Below, piece by piece: positions 29,700 to 40,200 of a stretch of 64,000 nucleotides of DNA; position 1 is the first letter of the stretch; every line of letters starts with the position of its first letter. Below the pieces are notes generated by a model that was not told the DNA's origin, searched no databases, and saw nothing but the letters and a program-made list of their open reading frames with translations. The DNA is from Aureliella sp. (lineage in GTDB: Bacteria; Planctomycetota; Planctomycetia; Pirellulales; Pirellulaceae), in assembly GCA_963691875.1 (NCBI GenBank), contig OY829846.1, forward strand, positions 1,216,001 through 1,280,000, written 5' to 3'. A program made the position numbers and the translations under genes.

Positions 29700-30790
29700 G
29701 TCGTCTTGCAAACATCACCAATTCTGAGCTTTGATTGGATATGAGATCAGCAATCTGCTGACCTATGTGATATGCGATTTGGAACTTCTTCAATAATGCA
29801 TCGAAGGCGAGGAGGTCGCCATCGGCAATACTCTCCAGGGGGCAAGCCGGATAGCAAGGATCGTAAAAGAGCTCCAGATCCTTTCGCTTCCAGTCGATGA
29901 GAGTGCATTTCGGACGCGTGCCCCTACGTAGATCGCCTCTACAACCGCACAGTCCATGCAACAGCATGTTACAGATTTGAAGCAACTGGAACTTTACTGC
30001 GATCAGAACTGTTTTGTCCCGGGAGATCCAGACCGCCTGATGCAATGGTTCATCAACCTGGTCACCAATTCCCTGGGAGCTTTACCCGAGGACGGAATCA
30101 CACGTGTGGTGAGAGTCCATGTTTATCGCGAAAAGGGAGAAACGATCGCCATCGTTCGAGATAGCGAAAACGGTGTTCCAGAAGGGATCTAGTCGCGGCT
30201 CTTCGCCCCATTCTTCTCGACGAATGACACCAGCATTGGCTTGGGTCTCGCGATCCGGCGATTGACTGTGGACGAAGCAAAGGCTGAAATGAGCTTCGGA
30301 AGTTAGCCCGGAAAGCGAACGGCAAGCCATGTCGCATTTCAAGAGCATACGGGAAAACCTGAAGCCGAAGTGGAATCGCCCTCCCTTGCTTCAACGCCTG
30401 CAATTTAAGGGCGAACTCTTGTCATCGGTGACGAGCCAGCCGTGCAAAGTAGTTTTAGAGGAATGCTACCTAAACCTGACCTCGTCACCATTTCCGACGC
30501 TTATTCGGCGTTAGATTATCCGGCGAGAGAGATACTGCTCAAAGAGCAATTTGAAGTCATATTCTGCGATGTCGCCATGCCCGGAATATCCGGAATTGAA
30601 CTCTGGAAACAGCCGTAGGATCGAGGACGCATTGAATCGATCATGTTCATCCATATCTATGGCGGTAGTCTGGAGTAATACAAATCCCAGTATCGGAAGC
30701 TCGAAGCGGGGTTTCTTCAAAAGCCTTTTCGCATCACCGATATCGATGATCTTGCTTCAAAACATAACATCAAAGGCACCGACAGATCCT
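29700..30790 (+). pseudogene. Decayed hybrid sensor histidine kinase (HisKA-HATPase-receiver)
   Basis: One frame read through stops gives the H-box GYEISNLLTYV (His to Tyr), ASRIARIVKEL, N-box QWFINLVTNS, VRDSENG, LFAPFFST, GLGLAI, and receiver LVIGDEP/FCDVAMPGISG/FLQKPF. In-frame stops at 29794, 29929, 30190, 30304, 30406, 30616 and 30676. Ends are approximate. Confidence 0.88.
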
Positions 30791-30969
30791 TAATTGGGAG
30801 CGAAACTGGCAAGTTCCTCGCTATCGTTTTCGGTCCGCGGATGCCCCAAAATCTCAATGTTGTTGCAACATTCTGGATGTTCGTGCAGCTAGGTGAATTT
30901 TAGTGATGATCTGTGTTAGCATTGAAAGCGATTGCACGCTGTAATCGACCGAAAGCCTGGAGCTGACCG

Positions 30970-32484
30970 TTGGATAATGAAGCCTTTGACTACACCACAT
31001 TGGGAGACCCCACAAACTATAGCCCATCTACTCATGCTGGCCAAAATGTCGAATTCAAGTCAAGCTTTCGACGGACCGAGTTTGGTGACGACTATGTTTT
31101 GCTTGATGTTGTCGGACGTGGTGGGATGGGAATTGTCTATCAGGCTCATCAGAAAAGCGTCAATCGATCAGTCGCTCTGAAGATGATTCAAAGTGGAGGC
31201 GCGGCTTCGGATGAAGAATTAGGGCGTTTTTAAGTCGAGGGGGAAGCGACCGCCAAGTTGTCTCACCCGAATATCGTTCCATTATTTGACAGTGGAGAGT
31301 CTCAAGGGCAACGCTATATGACCATGGAGTTTCTTTCCGGTGGGACACTCTCCGAAACGCTTGCCCAAAATCCGCTATCAGCAACAGAGGCTGCAGACAT
31401 AGTTCTGCAACTTTCGGAAGCTGTAGGGTTCGCGCACTCGCAGGGAGTTATCCATCGAGATATCAAGCCTGGCAATGTCCTTCTCACAAAAGATGGAGTT
31501 CCGAAGTTAGCTGATTTTGGGCTGGCCAAACTTGCCGACGGAAACAATTTTACAGTTACGGGACAGACTCTCGGCACTCCAGCCTTTATGCCTCCAGAGC
31601 AGGCTCAGCCGGGATCGGAGCAAATTAGTCCTGCTGCAGACATCTATTCTCTCGGAGCGGTTCTTTACGCGGCGATAACGGGAAACGCTCCCTTCAAAGC
31701 GCATTCGACGCTGGAAGTGCTGCGAGCTGTACTGCACGACTATCCTGTTGCCCCCGGCAAAGTCGTGCGCAACATCCCCAAAGACTTAGAGACAATCTGC
31801 CTAAAATGCTTTGAAAAGGAGCCTAATGGCCGATATGCAACAGCAGAAGCATTAGCCTGCGACCTACGACACTTCCTGGCTGATGAGCCAATCGATGCAA
31901 GGCCAACGAGCCTCTTGGCGGCTTCATGGCGTTGGTACACTGGCAGCCGCGAGTCTGCAATCTGGATGGCCGGAGGATTTGCGACGGTGATGGGAATCAT
32001 CATGTGCCTGTGGTACGCTGCCGGCATGACTCTCGTGCTTCTAGGTGTACACAATGAAACAGCGGAGACCACTAACTGGAAACTACTACAAGAAATCGTT
32101 CTTGGATTTTGCTTCTCAGCCATCCCTATCTTCGGGGTAGGCCTCTGCACGCTCAGTCGTGTGCGTTATTCCGTCGCCGTTGGTTTGCTGCTCACGTGCG
32201 CGCATGCGGCTTTTATGGTTGGTGTGTATGTAGGAGCGATCCGGCTTGAGGTTGCAGGCCCGCTAGCGCCGCTGCACGCTTTATTACTGATTACAGCGGT
32301 CATTTCATTCGTTTTATACGGACTCGCTTTTTGTAATCTGCTGACACGACGGAGGACTATCCTGCCAATTGCCGAGCCCAAAGCCAACGTCTACCCGTCA
32401 ACACGCACGCCATCTCGAAGCACTGTCGTCGAAACTCTACCTCCTGCGTCTGAGAAGCAGACTTCCCAACCCACCAATCAGTAG
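30970..32484 (+). pseudogene. Membrane Ser/Thr protein kinase interrupted by one in-frame TAA
   Basis: GRGGMGIVY...VALKMI...EELGRF*VEGEATAKLSHPNIV...HRDIKPGN...DFGLAK; TAA at 31231-31233; C-terminal TM helices. Confidence 0.85.
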
Positions 32485-33480
32485 CAATGCAGCGGATGGC
32501 TCAGGAACGGCATTGCTCTGTTGATTGAAGTGCCAGTTTGCACCTGGGTCAAAGAAAACACCTTGATTAATCATCCTGATGTGACCAGTTGCTCCGCTAA
32601 TGAATTGCCCACTGTTTCGCGAAAAAGCGAATCCACCTGTGCTGTCGTTAATCACGATATCGGCGTTTGTCGTGATTCCTGCGTACCTGAGTTCCAGAAC
32701 GTAGTCGTCGGCCGTCCCAGCAATCTCATCCAACCCTGATTCTCCGTAGCGAATACCTGCTACGTCATCTGCGGTCAGGGTTCGTTGGAGCTCGTTTGAA
32801 AACTGCCCCTGCTGCATCACAGCTTCTGTATTCGCCAGTGAAAACAACTGATTGGCAACCGTTCGGTCACCATTGGTCGAGAACAGGTCACCCGTAGGAA
32901 GATCGACAAAATCTCTGCTATACGTCGTTGAATCAACAACACTTGCCAAAGTGAAGGGGTTATTGTCGGCGGTTTTGAACCAATTCAGATTGTCGTCATC
33001 GCCTCGAATGTCATCCGCCGAACCGATGACTCCATCGGCACCAGCGTTGAGATCGAAATTGTTGTTGGCGCCGTTGGTAGCTTTCGTGTAGTTCCGCTGC
33101 GAACTTGGCAGTTGGCTTTCCGTCACGGCGTTCACGTGAGCCAGTCCCAGAGAATGCCCGACTTCGTGTAACAATGTGGATTCAAAATCGACTTGTCCGG
33201 ACAATGAAACAAATTCTAGGTTGCCAGTAGTCGCGGCCTTATTATTGATTGTCCGAACAACGTTCTGAGCCGAAACCACCATTTGACTTGCATTGGTAGT
33301 ACCTGGATTGATCCCAAGTGTGACCACCAGTGTCCCGCCTGTTCCAACGTAGCCTTGAGGGTGGCTCACAACGTCTAAACCATTCGTTTCACCTGCAAAA
33401 ATGTAGGCGAAGGCGGAAGCGTTTTTGGCTCCCGATAGGACCAAGCTAACTGCAACCAGGACAGCCAAACTGCGAAACAT
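32437..33480 (-). CDS. PEP-CTERM sorted metzincin (matrixin-like) metallopeptidase
   Basis: Signal peptide; HEVGHSLGLAH zinc motif; AVM Met-turn; VPEPSAALLLIGGLGSLLLRRRR C-terminus. Confidence 0.9.
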   Translation of the reverse strand: MFRSLAVLVAVSLVLSGAKNASAFAYIFAGETNGLDVVSHPQGYVGTGGTLVVTLGINPGTTNASQMVVSAQNVVRTINNKAATTGNLEFVSLSGQVDFESTLLHEVGHSLGLAHVNAVTESQLPSSQRNYTKATNGANNNFDLNAGADGVIGSADDIRGDDDNLNWFKTADNNPFTLASVVDSTTYSRDFVDLPTGDLFSTNGDRTVANQLFSLANTEAVMQQGQFSNELQRTLTADDVAGIRYGESGLDEIAGTADDYVLELRYAGITTNADIVINDSTGGFAFSRNSGQFISGATGHIRMINQGVFFDPGANWHFNQQSNAVPEPSAALLLIGGLGSLLLRRRR

Positions 33481-34041
33481 TTCGCATCTCGCAAGAAAAG
33501 ATAAAGAAATAGGAATGTTTTCAGACTAACTCGAATACATCCTTTTCCTAGAAATTCTCCCCAATCCCGGTAGCTTTTCAATCGTTTTGGAGTCGCAGAA
33601 CGCACAACCGGAAGCCCGCACCCTAAATATGACTAGACCGCTGGTGGCCCTGGCATCAACCACCATTCCGATCGTTAGCCGGTCTGCAGCTGCCGCTCAG
33701 GCTCTGCCGCCTCGCGTTTTGGCACTAGTCCAAATCCTCGTTTTGCTGAGATTGGCTGTGGTGAAGTGCTTCACGTACTCAGCTCACGCAGCGTTTCACA
33801 AAGTGCTGCCTGCGAACTCCCAATTCTGTTTGAAACGCGACCGATCGGCTCTTACTCTCACAACCTGCCATAGCGACGTTTGTGCCTTTAAAACCGAACG
33901 ATGAGTTCTTCAACCGGACCGTTACAGTTGCATGTTCTTCTCAGAATCGGCTGCCAATCGTTTCTCGACCTCAACCTTAACGACATCGTTTTTGCCTATT
34001 CGAAATACTCTTCTCACCTTCCAGCCAGTTACGAATTCAAA

Positions 34042-34532
34042 ATGACTAGTGACAAGATCCTAGCCTTTAGAAATGATGACCACCAACCTAGTGACGCCTG
34101 CTCCACAGTTGGACGTATTTGCGGCGATTGATATTTTGCCTAAAAAAACGGATCTCCGGTGCGCCAGTTGTCGATAGCGACAGAAAGTTTCTTAGCATTT
34201 TCTCCAAGGGTTCGTCTCTGAGAGTCATCATCAATGCAGCCTACGTGAACTTGCCAGATGCTGGCCTAATACCTTTCGTCGATAGACATCCGCCCACCAT
34301 AACCCCTGGCACTGACCTGCTGACTATTTGCCAGACATTCCTAGACCAAGCGACTTGTCGTCTTTCCGTAATTGAGCATCGACAATTGCAGGGGATGGTC
34401 AGCCGTCGTGATCTGATGAGATGCGTCAGACAAAGTGTGCCGGAGAAACGATGTGGTCATGCCGAGCTACTTTACCTCTCAGCGTTAAACGATCTATCCA
34501 AAGAATCCGTCGGACTCAAAATCGCTCACTAG
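34042..34532 (+). pseudogene. CBS-domain protein, frameshifted
   Basis: MMTTNLVTPAPQLDVFAAIDIL (from 34073) continues in another frame as KKRISGAPVVD...GMVSRRDLM. The shift is at the A7 run 34142-34148; a probable second shift lies near 34066-34072. Confidence 0.75.
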
Positions 34533-34563
34533 CTGAGCACCATCACCATTACCGCTCTGCCTT

Positions 34564-35397
34564 CTAACAAAGATCGATACTGAGCCCATCGTAGGCCAAG
34601 TTCACGCCAGCTGGTAGCTCGGCATTGCACCGATCGTAGTCTAGGTCATGTGAAATATGAGTTAGATATGCTTGCTTGGGCGAAACCCGCTCAACGGCCG
34701 CAAGTGCCTGTTCAACATTAAAATGAGTTGGATGTGGCTCGCGTCGCAGAGCGTCCACAATGAAGATCTCGACTCCACTTAGAATGTCGAAGCCTTCATC
34801 GGGAATGAAATTGGTGTCGGTGCAGTAAGCGAGATTCCCAAAACGAAAACCAAGTACCTCGTATTTTGGACCATGCTGCATCCGAATTGGCTGCACAATC
34901 GCGCCCAGAATCGAAAATGGCTCCAAACCAATACGTTCGAATTCCAGTGATGGGGTCGCGCCCGCGTGCGTCTGCGGTCCCTTCCGGAAGGCATAGTCGA
35001 AACTGTGGCGGATGCGCGACTCCACATTCTCTTCACAAAACAACGGAACGGGTGCCTCGAGTCGGAAAGGAAATAGGCGCAGGTCATCTAAGCCAAAAAT
35101 GTGATCGGCATGTTCGTGCGTGTACAGAACGGAATGCACGATGCCGATATCCTCTCGCAGCAATTGAGTGCGTAAATCGGGCGAAGTGTCGATCAGCAGA
35201 TTACCCTCTGGAAGACCGAGGATAGCCGAGGAGCGGGTGCGTTTGTTTCTCGGATGCGTACTTCGACAAACCTGACATGAGCACCCAATCGCTGGAACTC
35301 CGACGGACGTGCCAGTACCGAGAAAAATAAACTTGCCGCTGATATCGCGTGAATAAAACTCGTTGGGCAAAATTCTTCGTTCGCAAAATGAAAACAA
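34564..35397 (-). CDS. MBL-fold metallo-hydrolase, PhnP-like phosphodiesterase
   Basis: FLGTGTSVGVP.IGC.C.VC, IDTSPD, THEHADH..G.DD, HPTH, THISH, AYDG. Start may be TTG 35370. Confidence 0.9.
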   Translation of the reverse strand: MFSFCERRILPNEFYSRDISGKFIFLGTGTSVGVPAIGCSCQVCRSTHPRNKRTRSSAILGLPEGNLLIDTSPDLRTQLLREDIGIVHSVLYTHEHADHIFGLDDLRLFPFRLEAPVPLFCEENVESRIRHSFDYAFRKGPQTHAGATPSLEFERIGLEPFSILGAIVQPIRMQHGPKYEVLGFRFGNLAYCTDTNFIPDEGFDILSGVEIFIVDALRREPHPTHFNVEQALAAVERVSPKQAYLTHISHDLDYDRCNAELPAGVNLAYDGLSIDLC

Positions 35398-35435
35398 AAA
35401 CCAAAAGCAAGAATCGAGGTACCTTCGCCACCAAA

Positions 35436-36389
35436 CTAGCTATCGTCGTCCAGGTCGCCATCAAAATCGGGATGTAATGGATCATCGGGATCAAAAAAGA
35501 AATCCCCAAGACCTAACGGCAGGGCATTGCCGCCAAGATCCTGGCTCTTCCGCTGAGCAAGTGCTTCGAGATCTACAGCATCCTCCCCAAGGCAGTGCTC
35601 TAGCGCTTCGCGCCATGCAACATCTTTTGCAATTGGATGTTCTTTATTCTGAGCAAGCCGCTTGATGGCGAATCGAAGCAAGTTGAGACCATCACGAGCA
35701 GAAAAATCGAGCTTCAACTCATGAGACCGCTGGAGAAATTCTACGGTCATCGCCAACATCTCAGGTTCCGCGAAAGGTAAATGGTACTGTAGAATCGCTA
35801 GCTCGTCTTGGCGATTGGGAAATCCGAGTGGCAGAGTGGGCTGCAAGCGACTCAAAATGTAGTCGGGGATCTCGTAGGTCGAGTCATCTTGGTTCATCGT
35901 CACGGCGCAACGGAAGTCTGGATGAGCGGGGATGGAGATGCCCGCCACAATAGACTCAACGTACCGACGTTGGTCGAACAACGGTGCCAGACTCGCCCAC
36001 GATTTCTCGTTCATACGATTGCCCTCGTCCAGCACGCAGACAGCGCCACGAATCATCGCGGTGACGAGAGGAGAAGCGTGATAAGCAATCTTACCGGCAC
36101 CACTGAGTACAGGAGTGATCAGTAGATCTTCAGGACGAGTGTCTGCTGTGCATTGGAAGACATAAAGTTCCTGATCGCGTATAGAAGCCGCGGACATGGC
36201 CAATGCCGTTTTCCCGATTCCAGGGACTCCCACCAGCCGCGGAGTAAGCGGCATGTCCTTGTCGTCGACTACAATCCAGCACGCAAGAAGTTGTTTCAGC
36301 ACCTCGCGTTGGCCAATCCATTCGGCCTCATTATCCATGGGTGCTCCCAGATTCAGGGAAACACCTTCGATCATCACGCTTTCGGTCAT
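35436..36389 (-). CDS. MoxR/CbbQ-like AAA+ ATPase
   Basis: Walker A GVPGIGKT, Walker B VLDEGNR, TMN sensor, acidic tail. Start refined to ATG 36389. Confidence 0.88.
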   Translation of the reverse strand: MTESVMIEGVSLNLGAPMDNEAEWIGQREVLKQLLACWIVVDDKDMPLTPRLVGVPGIGKTALAMSAASIRDQELYVFQCTADTRPEDLLITPVLSGAGKIAYHASPLVTAMIRGAVCVLDEGNRMNEKSWASLAPLFDQRRYVESIVAGISIPAHPDFRCAVTMNQDDSTYEIPDYILSRLQPTLPLGFPNRQDELAILQYHLPFAEPEMLAMTVEFLQRSHELKLDFSARDGLNLLRFAIKRLAQNKEHPIAKDVAWREALEHCLGEDAVDLEALAQRKSQDLGGNALPLGLGDFFFDPDDPLHPDFDGDLDDDS

Positions 36390-37553
36390 TCTGCCAGCAT
36401 CAGGTGGAGGTCGAGCACTCTCTTGAGACTCCTGTTTAGCACGAGTCCACCGAGAATGCCTCATCTGGGTAGGAAGCCATTCACCATGGCGGTCGTAATA
36501 GTAAGCGGTTTTCATCAACCCGCAGGTCTCAATCTAGCCGTTCTTTTATCGTACGCCAACCCACCGCCGCGTTGCAGGAACTGCAGTTCGGACAGAAACC
36601 TGTGCCAATGGCTGGAGCAGTTTAAAACCGACAGTTACTTTTCGCAGAAAAGGGTAAGTCGAACGCTTACTCCCAACAAACATTCCCTCGCATCTGATCT
36701 GCTTTTACGCCAATGGAAAGCAACAATCACTGACAAGCTGGCCCGCCGGTTTCCCGTTTGCGAATTCGTCGGTCGGTTTTTCGAGAAAGCTGGCAGTAAA
36801 TTACCAGGCACGCCAGCGGAAGACTTCAGGACTGCGAGCATGCAGCGTAGTCCTGCCCATTCTTTCAAACGGCCTTGAAATACCCAGTTATCACGTTTCC
36901 CATGCCCATATGGCAAAACTCCGATTCCTTTTTTGCCCGGCCCTTGCTTAGGGAAGGAGAGGTATTTCGTTACGTGTCTTCCATCGATTCCTTCAAGTGC
37001 CCCTCATCCAGAACGAACTTACTTGTTGGGACGCTTTCCTGTTGCGACCGCACACGTGCATCGGCGAGAAAATGTCGGATCGCTCCACAACAAGTGCATT
37101 TTCAATTGGAGGCAAGCAACCTGAAACGCGCTGTAGCCTGTTTCCCATCACCGCGAAACTCGGTTGGCATTTCGAAGGTGATAACTCTTGATGCTCCCAC
37201 CAGACCTTTGAGCGATTCTCGCTTACTTTTTGCGATGTTCAGATGCACCATTTCGTCCTAAAGCTAAAATCCAACAATTTGCAACGCACCTTTACACCCG
37301 TGGAAAATGAGAATCGCTGACGCGGCCGCGGATGGAAAGGTAAGTTTCGAACACAGCCAACGGGACGCCTGCTCGCCTTCGCCGTTAATCGCCTGCTTCA
37401 TCCCAACGACCTTGAGCCCCATAGACACAAGTCAAACCATATTTTGTTTGACTTTGACAATCGAATTGACACAAGCGATTCCATGGATCGTGCCGATCAT
37501 AGAAGACGAGCCTCACAGCCAGGCTAGCATTCAACAAGCGGAGGGTCGTTGCG

Positions 37554-38288
37554 ATGTCTTTGAAAAACAGCTTTAGCACACTCAATCCAAGAGTGGGTAA
37601 AGACAATCAATCGGGCCGTGAAAAATGGCTAGAAGAGACGCTAGGCAACATTCCGGCGGGTTCTCGCATCTTGGATGCTGGAGCCGGCACGCAACAATAT
37701 CGCAGATTCTGCGAGCACCTAGACTATGTCTCGCAGGATTTCGCCGAGTACGACGGCCAAGGTGATGCTGCCGGATTACATACCGGAGATTTCGACTACG
37801 GCAGCCTCGACATTGTTTGCGACATTACGTCCATTCCGGAAGCAGATTCGTCATTTGATGCCATCATGTGCACCGAAGTGTTGGAGCACGTCCCGGACCC
37901 GAACGCAGCCCTGACTGAACTTGCTCGGCTTCTGCGACCAGGCGGAACACTGGTCATCACAGCACCATTTTGTTCACTCACCCACTTTTCTCCTTACCAC
38001 TTTTCGACGGGTTTCAACCGCTACTGGTACAAAACTCAGTTGGAGCAAAACAATTTGGTGGTGGAGAAGATGGAGACCAATGGCAACTACTTCGAATACA
38101 TCGCACAAGAAGTAAAGCGAATCCGTCCTACGGCAAAATCCTATACCAAAAGCAAACCACGCCTGTACGAGAAACTGGCGATGCATATTGTGAATCGGAT
38201 GTTGCATCGATTCAGCCACCGGGACCAGGGCTCCGATCAATTGCTTTGCTATGGATATCATGTCGCAGCGACCAAACGTGCGGCCTGA
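37554..38288 (+). CDS. Class I SAM-dependent methyltransferase
   Basis: ILDAGAG motif I; SSFDAIMCTEVLEHVPDP; LRPGG; GGAGG RBS. Confidence 0.92.
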   Translation: MSLKNSFSTLNPRVGKDNQSGREKWLEETLGNIPAGSRILDAGAGTQQYRRFCEHLDYVSQDFAEYDGQGDAAGLHTGDFDYGSLDIVCDITSIPEADSSFDAIMCTEVLEHVPDPNAALTELARLLRPGGTLVITAPFCSLTHFSPYHFSTGFNRYWYKTQLEQNNLVVEKMETNGNYFEYIAQEVKRIRPTAKSYTKSKPRLYEKLAMHIVNRMLHRFSHRDQGSDQLLCYGYHVAATKRAA

Positions 38289-38844
38289 GGGTGATTGGTT
38301 TCCAACCAATAAGCTTGAGACAATCTGACGAATAGGCGTCGTTCACCCGAACAATTCGTTGTGTTGCCAGAATTTCGCCACAATTCTCTTGATCAGTGCT
38401 TTGGGGCGGCTTTTCCAATCTTCTACCAAGCTTTCGCCGCTTGCCCCGCCATAGAGATTGCTGCAAGTATGGCGAAACTGCGCACCTGTCTGATGCAATT
38501 GCATTCTTAGCGTTGCACGTGAGATTTTACCTCCCTAAAGTGAAGTCTTGCGTTTCTTGACGCTGACCTGCGAAGCTCCCTCTCTCCGCAGCGAAAACAC
38601 AAGAGGACCATTCGAACTTAGTAAGTTTTTACGAAGTCCTTTATGGCAGCTTTCACCGGGCCAAAACATCCTCTCCGAGGTGACAACGAATTTCACCAAA
38701 TTTTCGCCTGATCCATGAGTTTCGGTTCTGCATCAGTAACGAAGTAGAACCGTTTGAATCTCCGATCCCATCAATCCACCACAAAAGATTGTTTGCCCCA
38801 AAATTTGTTGACTGTTTTTTTATTTGTTTCTTGAAGAGGTTTCT

Positions 38845-39882
38845 ATGACAAAGCGTTATGTTTCAAATCGCGATTCCTGTAGGAGTCGCGAGGGTTTCAC
38901 TTTGGTGGAACTACTCGTAGTGATTGCCATAATTGGCATTCTGGTTGGCTTGCTGTTGCCAGCGGTTCAAGCGGCTCGTGAGGCTGCTCGACGCATGCAG
39001 TGCCAGAACAATCTCAAGCAGATTAGTTTGGCATCGTTGAATTTCGAGTCTGCGTACAAGCGACTTCCCCCAGGTTACATGGGCCCAAGACGGGACAATC
39101 CGTACGCCTGGCCTGGAGGCCGTGACCAATGGTACGGCGTGTTCATTTATCTCTTCCCGTTCATGGAGATGAACAACATCTACAACCAGTTCCCGACGCA
39201 CCTCTTGCGTATCGACCGATTTGCTGAGTCTGGCGAAGACCTTCGTTGGTTTAGGACTCTCCCAGCAGGCACTCTGCAGAATGCACAGCAACCTTGGCTG
39301 CTTTCTCAATTCAACATCCCGACGCTCGTTTGTCCTTCGGACGGCAAAGGACCGGTAATCGTTAATTCGCGAGCTCACATCCGAGCAAGCAGCCCGACGA
39401 GTACTGGCGTGACCCAAACAACCTGGAGCGGCTCCAGCGCTGGCTGGGCTGCGAGAGCCGACAGTGGACGGACAACCTATTTGGGAATGCATGGTCGACC
39501 TGACGTTGAGTCCAACAAGTGGCAAAGGATTTACCGTAATCGCTCTGAAACAAAGCTGGCTGAAATCACTGACGACACATCAAACACGCTTGCCTTCGGT
39601 GAGTCTCATGGTGGAAAGAGAACAACTGGTTTGGTACAAGGTGATCGCACTTGGTTGTGGATTTCTGCTCCAACGTTGACGGCTTCACTTTCAACTAGCT
39701 CCCACTGGAAATTGGGGTCTCAGAACTCACATTGCGCTTACAACAGTTTCCATACTGGAATCGTACAGTTTGCTCGAGCTGATGGGTCAGTCTTCTCACT
39801 TAGTGAGAACATTGATCGCTTTGAATGGCGTAGGCTCTGCGCAATGGGCGACAACGAAGTCCTAGAAGGTGACTACCAATGA
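38845..39882 (+). CDS. DUF1559 protein with prepilin-type cleavage/methylation N-terminus
   Basis: GFTLVELLVVIAIIGILVGLLLPAVQAAREAARRMQCQNNLKQ; CPSD; H-x9-DG (HTGIVQFARADG); GAGG RBS before ATG 38845. Confidence 0.95.
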   Translation: MTKRYVSNRDSCRSREGFTLVELLVVIAIIGILVGLLLPAVQAAREAARRMQCQNNLKQISLASLNFESAYKRLPPGYMGPRRDNPYAWPGGRDQWYGVFIYLFPFMEMNNIYNQFPTHLLRIDRFAESGEDLRWFRTLPAGTLQNAQQPWLLSQFNIPTLVCPSDGKGPVIVNSRAHIRASSPTSTGVTQTTWSGSSAGWAARADSGRTTYLGMHGRPDVESNKWQRIYRNRSETKLAEITDDTSNTLAFGESHGGKRTTGLVQGDRTWLWISAPTLTASLSTSSHWKLGSQNSHCAYNSFHTGIVQFARADGSVFSLSENIDRFEWRRLCAMGDNEVLEGDYQ

Positions 39883-39903
39883 CGTTGACTCGCATGATGA
39901 ACA

Positions 39904-39946
39904 GCAAACGGACTAAGCCTACTGCCGCTAGTCGGCAAACGGACTA
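39904..39946 (+). repeat. Direct repeat GCAAACGGACTA x2, 31 bp period
   Basis: Perfect 12-mers at 39904-39915 and 39935-39946. Confidence 0.7.
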
Positions 39947-40027
39947 GGCTAGATTTACCTCCCTCTCCGGTACCGATGTGCCGGCGAGTTTTTTGCATAC
40001 GTGACACACTTTTTTGAATGGTCGAAG

Positions 40028-40200
40028 ATGAAGAAACTTGGCTTAACTGCATTGTGTTGTTTTTTCTGCTCGCTCCAATTTCTCTCACTGGTTGCGGTGG
40101 AAGCAAGGAAGCCAGCATGCCTGATAATGTCGTAGCGGATCCACCGGCGGACGACTCGGCAGAAGAAGGCGCAGGAAACGCGGAAGAGGAAGAAGGCTAA
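40028..40200 (+). pseudogene. Small acidic lipoprotein, signal peptide split by a 1-bp frameshift in a T run
   Basis: ATG 40028 gives MKKLGLTALCCF, while the lipobox part LLAPISLTGCGG is in another frame. One extra T in T6 at 40060-40065 joins them. Confidence 0.65.

Noticed and set aside
29524..30045. 173 aa minus-strand ORF
   Set aside because: It is antisense to the HK pseudogene, whose motifs are on the plus strand.
29700..32484. Stop-codon reassignment or readthrough to explain the in-frame stops
   Set aside because: Internal stops across the window are a mix of TAG, TAA and TGA, catalytic residues in the HK are also mutated, and intact genes end normally with all three stops.
36153..37576. 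Several 60-240 aa ORFs upstream of the methyltransferase
   Set aside because: No motifs, atypical composition, and partly antisense to the AAA ATPase.
39904..39951. Mini-CRISPR or c-di-GMP-I riboswitch (paired GCAAA)
   Set aside because: There are only two 12 bp units and no cas genes, and the GAAA tetraloop stem and P2 architecture are absent.
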